A DNA stretch of 64,000 bases from a virus: IMG/VR virus record IMGVR_UViG_3300045988_182914, positions 28,339-92,338 of that record. One strand, given 5' to 3'. Position numbers and translations under genes: made by a program. Below, one piece after another: positions 18,663 through 28,363 of this stretch (positions within the stretch are counted from its first letter, which is position 1; every line of letters starts with the position of its first letter). The notes beneath the pieces were generated by a model, which saw only the letters and a list, made by a program, of their open reading frames with translations, was not told where the DNA came from and ran no database searches.

Positions 18663-18943
18663 GCCATATACCCACAAAAGAGCACATGACCTCTGCTGCT
18701 GAACAGCACGGCGCAGCCGCTTCGCGAAATGCTTTTGCGCCATGGATGCTTTATAGCTTTGCTGTCGTTCATGCACCATTAAGTGGCTGTGCACAGGCCG
18801 ACAGTAGACAGGCCAGCCAAAGCCTGCCCGGCATCAACGGGCATCCCTTTCGTTTCTGCTGCTGCCTCTTGGGCCCTTCGACCCGGGAAATTCATGCAGC
18901 ATTCATTTCCTTCATTAAGTATGATTTATTTTTTCGCAAAAAA

Positions 18944-18976
18944 GAAGCCGGGCGATCAGAACCCGGCTTCGAAAAG
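18944..18976 (-). terminator. Rho-independent terminator hairpin (aagccgggcgatcagaacccggctt + T-run on minus strand)
   Basis: Perfect 9 bp stem followed by cttttttgcg on the minus strand. Confidence 0.6.
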
Positions 18977-19417
18977 TTGAGGAAATAGCATGATGACATC
19001 CAAATAATGTCTTCCCTGCTTAATATAAGTATGATAGATTTTTCTACCAATTTTCAAGCTTTTGTATTTGAAAAACAGAAACCTAGACAGTATACACCAT
19101 CCCGGCTTCCGCTTTTCAAAGATTTTTTTTGGAGGAATCGCCTTGATTACATCTTTTTTAGATGTCTTCCGCGTTCACTATAAGTATGATAAATTTTTCT
19201 GCGTGATATGTGTTTCTATATAAGTTTTAAACTAATTTACAAAAATATAGCATTCTTTCATCCCACGGCTGAAGCGTATAGCTTTCAGAATGCTATATTA
19301 CTGTAAATATTTCCTTTCTTCCTTTTCCTATAGTATGATTTTTCTTTCTCCTGAAATAAGCGCAGATTTTAAAAATAAACAGCAAAAACTTATATAGAAA
19401 GCCATAACTCGGCATAA

Positions 19418-19448
19418 TTTCTAACATACTTATGATATACAGAGAGAA
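19418..19448 (+). promoter_or_regulatory. Forward-oriented copy of the conserved promoter/5'UTR element upstream of cas12a
   Basis: tctaacatacttatgatatac about 30 nt before the cas12a RBS. Confidence 0.55.
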
Positions 19449-19475
19449 TTTTAAGCGAAAAAAGGAGAAATTGAG

Positions 19476-22400
19476 ATGAATACAGGTTTTAACGATTTCA
19501 CGAATCTTTCATCTGTTACAAAAACATTATGCAACAGACTGATTCCAACAGAAATCACGGCAAAATATATAAAAGAACACGGCGTTATTGAAGCCGATCA
19601 GGAAAGAAACATGATGAGTCAGGAGCTTAAGAATATCTTAAACGACTTTTACAGAAGTTTCTTAAATGAGAACCTTGTAAAAGTTCATGAACTCGATTTT
19701 AAGCCGCTCTTTACAGAAATGAAAAAGTATCTGGAGACAAAGGATAATAAGGAAGCTCTTGAAAAGGCACAGGATGATATGAGAAAAGCCATTCATGATA
19801 TTTTTGAGAGTGATGACAGATACAAAAAGATGTTCAAAGCAGAAATTACTGCTTCCGTCCTGCCGGAGTTTATCCTGCACAACGGAGCCTACTCCGCTGA
19901 GGAAAAAGAGGAGAAAATGCAGGTTGTCAAGATGTTCAACGGCTTTATGACATCATTTTCAGCATTCTTTACGAACAGGGAAAACTGCTTTTCAAAGGAA
20001 AAGATTTCATCATCTGCATGCTACAGAATTGTTGATGACAATGCAAAAATTCATTTTGACAACATCCGCATATACAAAAACATTGCAAACAAATTTGATT
20101 ACGAGCCTGAAATGATTGAGAAGATTGAGGAAGCTGCTGGTGGAGCTGATATTAGGAATATCTTTTCGTACAACTTCAATCATTTTGCCTTCAATCATTT
20201 TGTGTCGCAGGATGATATTTCTTCCTACAACTATGTCGTAAGCGGGATCAACAAGTTTATGAACCTTTACTGTCAGGCTTCAAAGGAGAAGTTTAGCCCG
20301 TACAGGTTAAGACGTCTTCACAAGCAGATACTCTGCATTGAGGAGTCTTTATATGATGTACCTGCAAAGTTCAATTCCGACGAGGATGTATATGCTGCGG
20401 TTAATGATTTTCTTAACAACGTCAGAGCCAAGTCTGTTATTGAAAGACTGCAGATGCTCGGCAAGAATGCTGATAGCTATGACCTTGATAAGATATACAT
20501 TTCAAAGAAGCACTTTACAAATATATCCCAGACACTGTACAGGGATTTCAGTGTAATCAATACTGCTCTTACCATGAGTTACATTGACACTCTCCCGGGC
20601 AAAGGCAAGACCAAAGAGAAAAAGGCTGCATCCATGACTAAAAACACTGAATTAATAAGCCTTGGTGAAATTGATAAACTTGTTGATAAGTATAACTTAT
20701 GTCCGGACAAAGCTGCAAGCACAAGGTCGCTTATAAGAAGCATTTCAGATATTGTCGCTGATTACAAAGCAAATCCGTTAACTATGAATTCCGGCATTCC
20801 GCTCGCAGAAAATGAGACTGAAATCGCTGTTCTTAAGGAAGCAATTGAACCGTTTATGGACATCTTTCGCTGGTGTGCAAAGTTCAAGACAGATGAGCCT
20901 GTTGACAAGGATACGGATTTTTACACAGAACTTGAGGATATAAACGATGAGATCCATTCTATTGTATCCTTATACAACCGTACAAGAAATTACGTAACCA
21001 AGAAACCGTACAACACAGACAAGTTCGGATTGTATTTTGGCACGTCTTCATTTGCATCAGGTTGGAGTGAAAGCAAGGAATTCACCAACAATGCCATTCT
21101 TCTTGCAAAAGATGACAAATTTTATCTTGGAGTGTTCAATGCCAAAAACAAACCTGCAAAAAGTATTATCAAAGGACATGATACGATGCAGGACGGTGAT
21201 TACAAGAAAATGGTCTACTCTCTTTTAACCGGACCTAACAAGATGCTGCCTCACATGTTTATAAGCTCAAGCAAGGCTGTACCGGTTTACGGACTGACAG
21301 ATGAGCTGCTTTCTGATTACAAGAAAGGCAGACATCTTAAGACGTCAAAAAACTTTGACATAGACTACTGTCACAAACTGATTGATTACTTTAAGCACTG
21401 TCTCGCACTGTATACTGACTGGGACTGCTTTAATTTTAAGTTCTCAGATACCGAAAGTTACAATGACATTGGTGAGTTCTACAAGGAAGTTGCCGAACAG
21501 GGATATTACATGAACTGGACATACATTGGAAGCGATGATATTGACAGTCTGCAGGAAAATGGCCAGCTGTATCTGTTTCAGATATACAATAAAGACTTTT
21601 CAGAAAAGAGCTTCGGAAAACCAAGTAAGCACACTGCTATTCTACGCAGTTTATTCAGTGATGAAAATGTTGCAGATCCTGTTATCAAGTTATGCGGCGG
21701 CACAGAAGCATTCTTCAGGCCAAAGAGCATAAAAACTCCTGTCGTTCACAAGAAAGGTTCTGTTCTTGTCAGCAAGACCTACAACGCACAGGAAATGGAT
21801 GAAAATGGAAACATTATTACTGTCAGAAAATGCGTGCCTGATGATGTTTACATGGAGCTTTACGGCTACTACAACAATTCAGGAACACCTCTTTCAGCAG
21901 AGGCGCTTAAGTACAAGGATATTGTAGACCACCGCACTGCCCCTTATGACATTATAAAAGACCACAGATATACAGAGGATGAGTTCTTTATCAACATGCC
22001 GGTGTCACTAAACTACAAGGCGGAAAACAGACGTGTAAATGTAAACGAAATGGCTCTTAAGTATATTGCTCAGACAAAGGACACTTACATCATTGGAATT
22101 GACCGTGGGGAGAGAAATTTGCTGTATGTATCAGTAATTGATACTGACGGAAACATTGTTGAGCAGAAATCCCTTAACATCATTAACAATGTGGACTATC
22201 AGGCAAAGCTCAAGCAGGTTGAAATCATGAGAAAACTGGCAAGGCAGAACTGGAAACAGGGTGTAAAAATAGCTGACTTAAAGAAAGGCTATTTGTCACA
22301 GGCAGTTCATGAAGTTGCCGAGCTTGTAATAAAATACAATGGTATTGTTGTCATGGAAGACTTAAACAGCAGGTTTAAGGAAAAGCGTTCAAAGATTGAG

Positions 22401-23267
22401 CGCGGGGTTTACCAGCAGTTTGAGACAAGCCTCATTAAGACTCTCAACTATCTGACATTCAAGGACAGAAAACCTCTGGAAGCAGGCGGAATTGCCAATG
22501 GTTATCAGCTTACATACATTCCGGAAAGCCTTAAAAATGTCGGAAGCCAGTGTGGATGCATTCTCTATGTGCCAGCCGCATATACATCAAGGGTTGATCC
22601 GACAACAGGATTTGTATCCTTATTCAAGTTCAGAGACATATCGTCTGAAAAAGTCAAGACGGATTTCATTGGCAGATTTGACTGCATCAGATATGATGCC
22701 GAGAAAGATTTGTTTGCATTTGAGTTTGATTACGATAATTTTGAGACATACGAGACCTGTGCAAAAACAAAATGGCGTGCATACACTTACGGCACCAGAG
22801 TTAAAAAGACGTTTCGAAACAGAAAGTTCGTTAGCGAAGTCATTATCGACATAACAGAGGAAATCAAGAAAACTCTTACTACCACAGACATAAACTGGAC
22901 AGATGGTCATGACATCAAACAGGAAATTATTGACTATGCACTCTCCTCTCACATATTTGAGATGTTCAAACTCACAGTGCAGATGAGAAACAGCTTATGT
23001 GAGTCGAAAGACAGAGAATATGATAAGTTTGTGTCTCCGATATTAAACGCGTCAGGAAAGTTCTTTGACACGGACGCTGCTGACAAATCGCTTCCTATCG
23101 AAGCAGATGCTAATGACGCATATGGTATCGCAATGAAAGGCTTATACAATGTACTTCAGGTGAAGAACAATTGGACCGAGGGCGAGAAATTTAAGTTTAG
23201 CAGACTCAGCAATGAAGACTGGTTTAGTTTCATGCAAAACCGTGCAGAAAAGACAGTAAACAAATAG
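19476..23267 (+). CDS. cas12a: Cas12a (Cpf1), type V-A effector, apparently catalytically intact
   Basis: 1263 aa. N terminus FTNLSSVTKTLCNRLIP. RuvC-I IGIDRGERNLLYVSVID, RuvC-II VVMEDLN, RuvC-III ADANDAYGIAMKG, Nuc QMRNS...SPILNASGKFFDTD. Confidence 0.97.
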   Translation: MNTGFNDFTNLSSVTKTLCNRLIPTEITAKYIKEHGVIEADQERNMMSQELKNILNDFYRSFLNENLVKVHELDFKPLFTEMKKYLETKDNKEALEKAQDDMRKAIHDIFESDDRYKKMFKAEITASVLPEFILHNGAYSAEEKEEKMQVVKMFNGFMTSFSAFFTNRENCFSKEKISSSACYRIVDDNAKIHFDNIRIYKNIANKFDYEPEMIEKIEEAAGGADIRNIFSYNFNHFAFNHFVSQDDISSYNYVVSGINKFMNLYCQASKEKFSPYRLRRLHKQILCIEESLYDVPAKFNSDEDVYAAVNDFLNNVRAKSVIERLQMLGKNADSYDLDKIYISKKHFTNISQTLYRDFSVINTALTMSYIDTLPGKGKTKEKKAASMTKNTELISLGEIDKLVDKYNLCPDKAASTRSLIRSISDIVADYKANPLTMNSGIPLAENETEIAVLKEAIEPFMDIFRWCAKFKTDEPVDKDTDFYTELEDINDEIHSIVSLYNRTRNYVTKKPYNTDKFGLYFGTSSFASGWSESKEFTNNAILLAKDDKFYLGVFNAKNKPAKSIIKGHDTMQDGDYKKMVYSLLTGPNKMLPHMFISSSKAVPVYGLTDELLSDYKKGRHLKTSKNFDIDYCHKLIDYFKHCLALYTDWDCFNFKFSDTESYNDIGEFYKEVAEQGYYMNWTYIGSDDIDSLQENGQLYLFQIYNKDFSEKSFGKPSKHTAILRSLFSDENVADPVIKLCGGTEAFFRPKSIKTPVVHKKGSVLVSKTYNAQEMDENGNIITVRKCVPDDVYMELYGYYNNSGTPLSAEALKYKDIVDHRTAPYDIIKDHRYTEDEFFINMPVSLNYKAENRRVNVNEMALKYIAQTKDTYIIGIDRGERNLLYVSVIDTDGNIVEQKSLNIINNVDYQAKLKQVEIMRKLARQNWKQGVKIADLKKGYLSQAVHEVAELVIKYNGIVVMEDLNSRFKEKRSKIERGVYQQFETSLIKTLNYLTFKDRKPLEAGGIANGYQLTYIPESLKNVGSQCGCILYVPAAYTSRVDPTTGFVSLFKFRDISSEKVKTDFIGRFDCIRYDAEKDLFAFEFDYDNFETYETCAKTKWRAYTYGTRVKKTFRNRKFVSEVIIDITEEIKKTLTTTDINWTDGHDIKQEIIDYALSSHIFEMFKLTVQMRNSLCESKDREYDKFVSPILNASGKFFDTDAADKSLPIEADANDAYGIAMKGLYNVLQVKNNWTEGEKFKFSRLSNEDWFSFMQNRAEKTVNK

Positions 23268-23398
23268 CTAGTGCAGACCGCAACTTGAATAAAAGGAAAT
23301 GCTTACAGTTCAATGGTACAAGGTAACAAATTAAGGACATAATGCATAAAAAGCTTACAGTTCAACCGTAAAATGTTGTGCAAGTGCACAATGTTAGG

Positions 23399-24095
23399 GT
23401 TGATACTGTGAGCGAAATGTCTACTAAGGTAGATTTCATCTATGTACTCGATTGCATACTTTGTTGATACTGTGAGCGAAATGTCTACTAAGGTAGATCA
23501 TGCGTTAACACACATATCAATTACGGTTGAAACTGTAAGCGGAATGTCTACTGGGGTAGATCTGCAATGGGTGAAAAAACATCCTCTAGTCGAAACTGTA
23601 AGCGAAATGTCTACTAGGGTAGATGATAGTCAAGATGATATCACAGTCATTGTTGAAACTGTAAGCGGAATATCTACTAGGGTAGATACAAAAAATATCT
23701 TTAATTTCTTCATCAGGTTGAAACTGTAAGCGGAATGTCTACTAGGGTAGATATATACTCTATAAGCTTATCTGATCCACGTTGAAACTGTAAGCGGAAT
23801 ATCTACTAGGGTAGATTTGATGATGCCACTATGGTTGAAAATGTTGAAACTGTAAGCGGAATGTCTACTTGGGTAGATACTATGATAATCATATGGACAC
23901 TGTGAGTTGAAACTATAAAGGAAATGTCTACTGAGGTAGATTTTCTCTTATTTTTTTAATTTGAATAAAGCTGAAACTGTAGGCAAAATGTCTACTGATG
24001 TAGATTATTCCCAGCATACCAAATAAAATATTTACTGATATAGATATATAGATAACTCAATTGAAGCTGTTAGCGAAATATCTATTAAAACAGAT
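23399..24095 (+). CRISPR. CRISPR array 1 (type V-A repeats, about 10 good plus 2 degenerate repeats, 26-29 nt spacers), leader at about 23340..23398
   Basis: 36 nt repeats ending AATGTCTAC-NNNN-GTAGAT (the Cas12a 3' handle hairpin). The array degenerates toward its 3' end. Confidence 0.95.
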
Positions 24096-24171
24096 CAGAT
24101 CAACAGTATAAGATGATGATAAAAAGCCTACAGCTCAGCCGTGAAATGTTGTACAAGTGCGTAATGTTAGG

Positions 24172-24986
24172 ATTGATACTGTGAGCAGAATGTCTACTAA
24201 GGTAGATCCTTTGACCATCTATTCTTCATGTTTGGTTGATACTGTAAGCGGAATGTCTACTTGTGCAGATGAGTTGCAGACGAATGGTTCTTTGCGTGTT
24301 GAAGCTGTAAGGAAAATGTCTACTGGTGTAGATATCATTTTGAATATCTTCCTTTCCTATGTTAAAACTGTAAGCGGAATGTCTACTGAAGTAGATCCTC
24401 TACCTTTTATCATTCGTTTTAATGTTGAAACTGTAACTATCCTTATCGGTCTGTAAATTCAATGTTGAAACTGTAAAGAAAATGTCTACTAGGGTAGATT
24501 GTACATCACTTGTAAAAGATGTAGGTTGAAACTGTAAGCAGAATGTCTACTAAGGTAGATATGAAATATTGTCCAGTGCTGTCTTCATTGGAACTGTTGG
24601 CGAAATGTCTACTAAGGTAGATCAGCTGAATTAATGGTTCCGTATTATCGCTGAGATTGTAAAGTGAAATGTCTACTGGTGTAGATTGATTATTACATCT
24701 CATAACCGTTCTGGTTGGGACTGTGAGCCAAATGTCTACTGGTGTAGATTATGTAGATGAGCAAAGAAACTCTCAGAAGGGCAGCGTTGATACTGTGAGC
24801 GGAATGTCTACTGGTGTAGATTCATTTTTTCATACGCATAATCAGAAAAGGTGAGTTGTGAGCAAAATGTCTACTGAGGTAGATTTCACAGAGAGTATGA
24901 TTTTTATTTGTTGAAACTGTAAAGAAAATGTCTACTGAGGTAGACGTGTAGATCACGGGTAGCAATATTTACTTGAAACTGTAAGG
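24172..24986 (+). CRISPR. CRISPR array 2 (about 13 repeats, one internally truncated at 24424..24437, last one truncated), own leader copy at 24121..24171
   Basis: Same repeat family. Leader about 85% identical to the array 1 leader. Confidence 0.9.
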
Positions 24987-24999
24987 AGGTAAATAAGGT

Positions 25000-25734
25000 A
25001 TGAATAAACTTAAAAACATGAATAAGAAAAAATCGTTTTGGAGTACATTAGTTAATGAATTCCTTGGAACTATTTTAATAACTTCTATTATAATTTATAT
25101 GATTGTGTTTATATTATTAGGAAGAGCTGGAATATTTAATTTTATGGGAGGTAGCAGTGATATAATAAACGGATTAGTTGCAGCAGCAGCCTTCCCAATT
25201 GTATTGGTCCTTGCATTATGTACAATAGTATTAATTATAAATATAGTAGCGTTTATTCCGCTTACTATACATAAAATTAAGGCCGTATATAATTACACCT
25301 ATCTTCCGCTTACCGCGGACGAGATTAAATATGCTTTGGATAAAAATATTATATCTTCTAAAGAAGATTATATTAAATTAATTTTGGATAATCTGCGTTA
25401 TGGAGTTACTAATAAACCATCTTTGTTTGAGTTTTTCTTTTCCACATGTTACATAACGTTCTCTCAAGAAGAGTTATATTCATTATGCAAAGCTTTTGAG
25501 AAAGTGTTTGATAGTCCGATTATAATTGATGATGATATGCTTTCATATCTTAATAAGTATGATACCAATTGTTCTCCTTTTGATGTAGCAAAATATAAAG
25601 ATGAAGTTTCGCTTACAACTATAAGGGAAGAATATGAAAATGGGAAAGATGCTACATTTGCGTTATACACGGATGGAGATAAATATAAAGAAATATTAGA
25701 AACAGTTGATTTCCCATTATATGTGGGCAAATAA
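25000..25734 (+). CDS. Hypothetical membrane protein (2 TM helices plus soluble domain) embedded between CRISPR arrays 2 and 3
   Basis: 244 aa, AT-rich. Its RBS aaggagg begins within the truncated terminal repeat of array 2. Confidence 0.6.
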   Translation: MNKLKNMNKKKSFWSTLVNEFLGTILITSIIIYMIVFILLGRAGIFNFMGGSSDIINGLVAAAAFPIVLVLALCTIVLIINIVAFIPLTIHKIKAVYNYTYLPLTADEIKYALDKNIISSKEDYIKLILDNLRYGVTNKPSLFEFFFSTCYITFSQEELYSLCKAFEKVFDSPIIIDDDMLSYLNKYDTNCSPFDVAKYKDEVSLTTIREEYENGKDATFALYTDGDKYKEILETVDFPLYVGK

Positions 25735-25865
25735 TTTCATTTTTCAAAAAACAGGTCCTATCCGTAATTAATACTGTAGAGAAAAATATTTTTTGAAGTA
25801 GAACGCAATATATAAAAAACATTACAGTTAAACCGTGAAACATTGTGCAGGTGCACAATGTTAGG

Positions 25866-26956
25866 GTTAAAACTGTAAGGGAAACGTCTACTGATGTAAA
25901 TGAAACCAAAGCTCCAGACTTAATGCATGTTAAAGTTGCGAACAGAATGTCTACTGGTGTAGATGAGTTGCAGACGAATGGTTCTTTGCATGTTGAAGCT
26001 GTAATAGAAATGTCTACCTAGGCAGATGCAGTCCCTGGAGATGTGAAGAAAGCGGTTAAATCCGTGAATAAAATGTCTACTGGTGTAGATAGTATTGTTG
26101 TTTTAATCATTTAGAGTTGAACCTGTAAGGAAAATGTCTACTGAGGTAGATATCATTGGGAATATCCCCTCCTTCTTTCGTTGAAACTGTAAAGAAAATG
26201 TTTACTGATGTAGATACCAGAAGTTTTATTATTGATTTAAATGTTGATACTGTGAGCGGAATGTCTACTGGTGTAGATTCATTTTTTCATACGCATGATT
26301 AGAAAAGTTGAGTTGTGAGCAAAATGTCTACTAAGGTAGATTCTGATAGTTTATATAGCGCAAGTGCGGTTGAAACTGTAAAGAAAACGTCTACTAGGGT
26401 AGATATGAAATATTGTCCAGCGCTGTCTTCATTGGAACTGTTGGCGAAATGTCTACTGGGGTAGATGCAATGAGTTTCTCCGGTAATTCATTCCAGATTA
26501 AAATTGCTAAAAAATGTCTACTTGTGTAGATTCATAGAGAGTGTGTTTTTATTTCTGGCTGAAGCTGTGAGCGAAATATCTACTGGGGTAGATGCCTGTC
26601 TCGTTAATCATGTTGGCTATAGTTGAAGCTGTAAATCAAAATGTAGATGAAAAACACTCAGAGAAAATCCGGAAAGATTGAGACTCTAAAAATATCTGCG
26701 AGTGCAGATTTCAGAACCGCAAGAACCGCCAAACAAAACTGTGGCCGAAATGTCTACTGGTGTAGATACAAAAGTCGCGGGGGTTCCCAAGGAGTTAAGG
26801 TTGTAAGCGAAATGTCTACTGAGGTAGATTTAATCTAGAATCAGATATTGAAAAACATTGAAGTCGCAGGTGAAATGTCTACTAGCGTAGATTTAATGAC
26901 AGATATGCATGTTGAAACTGTGAGCGGAATGTCTACTGAAACATACTAATGTAGAT
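25866..26956 (+). CRISPR. CRISPR array 3 (about 18 repeats, many degenerate), third leader copy at 25812..25865
   Basis: Same repeat family. Shares at least 3 spacers in the same order with array 2. Terminal repeat has a 10 nt insertion in the handle loop. Confidence 0.9.
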
Positions 26957-27075
26957 ACAAATATCAGTGTTGCTACATGCGCAAATCATTCGCTTTTCAA
27001 CATACAAACCATCGCTTAGACGCAAAAAAAAGAGCCGCATCATGCAGCTCTTCTTTTTTACTTATATTTTTGTTC

Positions 27076-27312
27076 CTATGCCACCTTCTCAAGCGCATAC
27101 ATGAAAGCCGCTGCCTCCCTGTCGCTCGAAATAAAGTCACCCCTGAATCTTACAAATTCGCTGATAAAATCCTTGTGCTTCTTGGCAAAATTATCAAATG
27201 CCCATGCAGCAAATCTTACTCCATTATCGGTACAGTCGTTTTCATACAGAGTGTCGCATTCCTTCTGAAACTGCTCTGCGAACTGACTTATATTGATGTT
27301 CTTAATCTCTGC
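27076..27312 (-). CDS. Hypothetical small protein
   Basis: Start MAEIKNIN after GGAGGA. Bidirectional terminator downstream at 27035..27060. Confidence 0.45.
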   Translation of the reverse strand, partial: AEIKNINISQFAEQFQKECDTLYENDCTDNGVRFAAWAFDNFAKKHKDFISEFVRFRGDFISSDREAAAFMYALEKVA

Positions 27313-27646
27313 CATCGTCTTTTCCTCCATTTTCCAAAATCTGCTCCACAAGCTTATGCACATCTTTATCATTGAAATACGGCATCTGCGGGTTTCCATT
27401 CTTGTCATACAGCGTAGCAGAATACCTGTCGTTTTCTTCCTCGTATATGACATCGAACGACACATTATCCGTACCTATGAATGCATAAGGCTCGTTATAC
27501 GCATTCTTGCAGCCCTGCAGGAACTGCAGCTCAATTTCCAGACAACACTCTTCTACCTCGTTTTCGTATTCCTCATTGGCAAGTGTTGCCTCTATCTCTG
27601 CTATTCTTAACAGTTGTTTGCCAAGTTCAGTCAAAACATATTCCAT
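27302..27646 (-). CDS. Hypothetical acidic protein
   Basis: 114 aa, D/E-rich. Confidence 0.45.
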   Translation of the reverse strand: MEYVLTELGKQLLRIAEIEATLANEEYENEVEECCLEIELQFLQGCKNAYNEPYAFIGTDNVSFDVIYEEENDRYSATLYDKNGNPQMPYFNDKDVHKLVEQILENGGKDDGRD

Positions 27647-27724
27647 TTTTGTTCTTCCATTCTCTTATTCTTCTCTTTCAAACATCAGGACCATCCCGTC
27701 GTTATTTTGCTCATATAAATATTT

Positions 27725-28363
27725 TTATCTATTAATCAAATCCAAGTGTGTATTCAGTTCGGTATAAAGCATAGGATTGTCATATAAAAAGTCTTTCACT
27801 GTGTAGCCGATTTCAATCAGTTTTTTGGAATTAGACCTTCTAAATCTTTTATAAGCACATGATACAGCTCCTAAAATATCCTCATAACGTTCTCTTAAAG
27901 AACCATTATATCCATGAATGGATGGATGGTCATAATCAGATATATCCACTACATAGAATGGTATATCTCCTAATTTAACATTTTTACCATATTCTCTAAT
28001 GTACTTAATAGCTGAGTGTAAATTATCTATCCAAACAATAGGTGTATCGCAAAAATCATATTTGCAAATTACAACTCTGATTGCAGGATTATATCCATCC
28101 CTTTCCATCTGCACGATAGAATTGATGTGATATTGAATATCACTGGCATGTCCTACATGTAATCCCCAATTGCATACTTTATAACCAAGTTTGCAAGATT
28201 CTATGTATAATTTACCTGCTTTAATCTGTATACCATCAGGATTACGTCTAATAACGTGTTTGCAAAACATATCCGTTAGGTTCATACTCAGTAAATCTTC
28301 TGAAATATTATCATTGATTTTAATATTCAAATCATCCATATTTTTTACCCTTTCTTTAGTCAA
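27725..28363 (-). CDS. Hypothetical protein (AT-rich)
   Basis: 212 aa ORF. No family recognised. Confidence 0.5.
   Translation of the reverse strand: MTKERVKNMDDLNIKINDNISEDLLSMNLTDMFCKHVIRRNPDGIQIKAGKLYIESCKLGYKVCNWGLHVGHASDIQYHINSIVQMERDGYNPAIRVVICKYDFCDTPIVWIDNLHSAIKYIREYGKNVKLGDIPFYVVDISDYDHPSIHGYNGSLRERYEDILGAVSCAYKRFRRSNSKKLIEIGYTVKDFLYDNPMLYTELNTHLDLINR

Noticed and set aside
18506-18988. 160 aa plus-strand ORF spanning the repeat element and the GC-rich region
   Set aside because: It runs through the structured repeat, which is also present in intergenic copies 2 and 3. No RBS. Composition atypical for coding.
19662-22952. Several 60-120 aa ORFs on either strand inside cas12a
   Set aside because: They are internal to an intact 1263 aa gene with all Cas12a motifs.
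23442-24456. ORFs of 95-99 aa in the six-frame track inside the CRISPR arrays (23442..23729, 24157..24456, 26647..26838)
   Set aside because: They are artefacts of translating the repetitive array. The periodic VETVSGMSTxVD peptide is simply the repeat translated.
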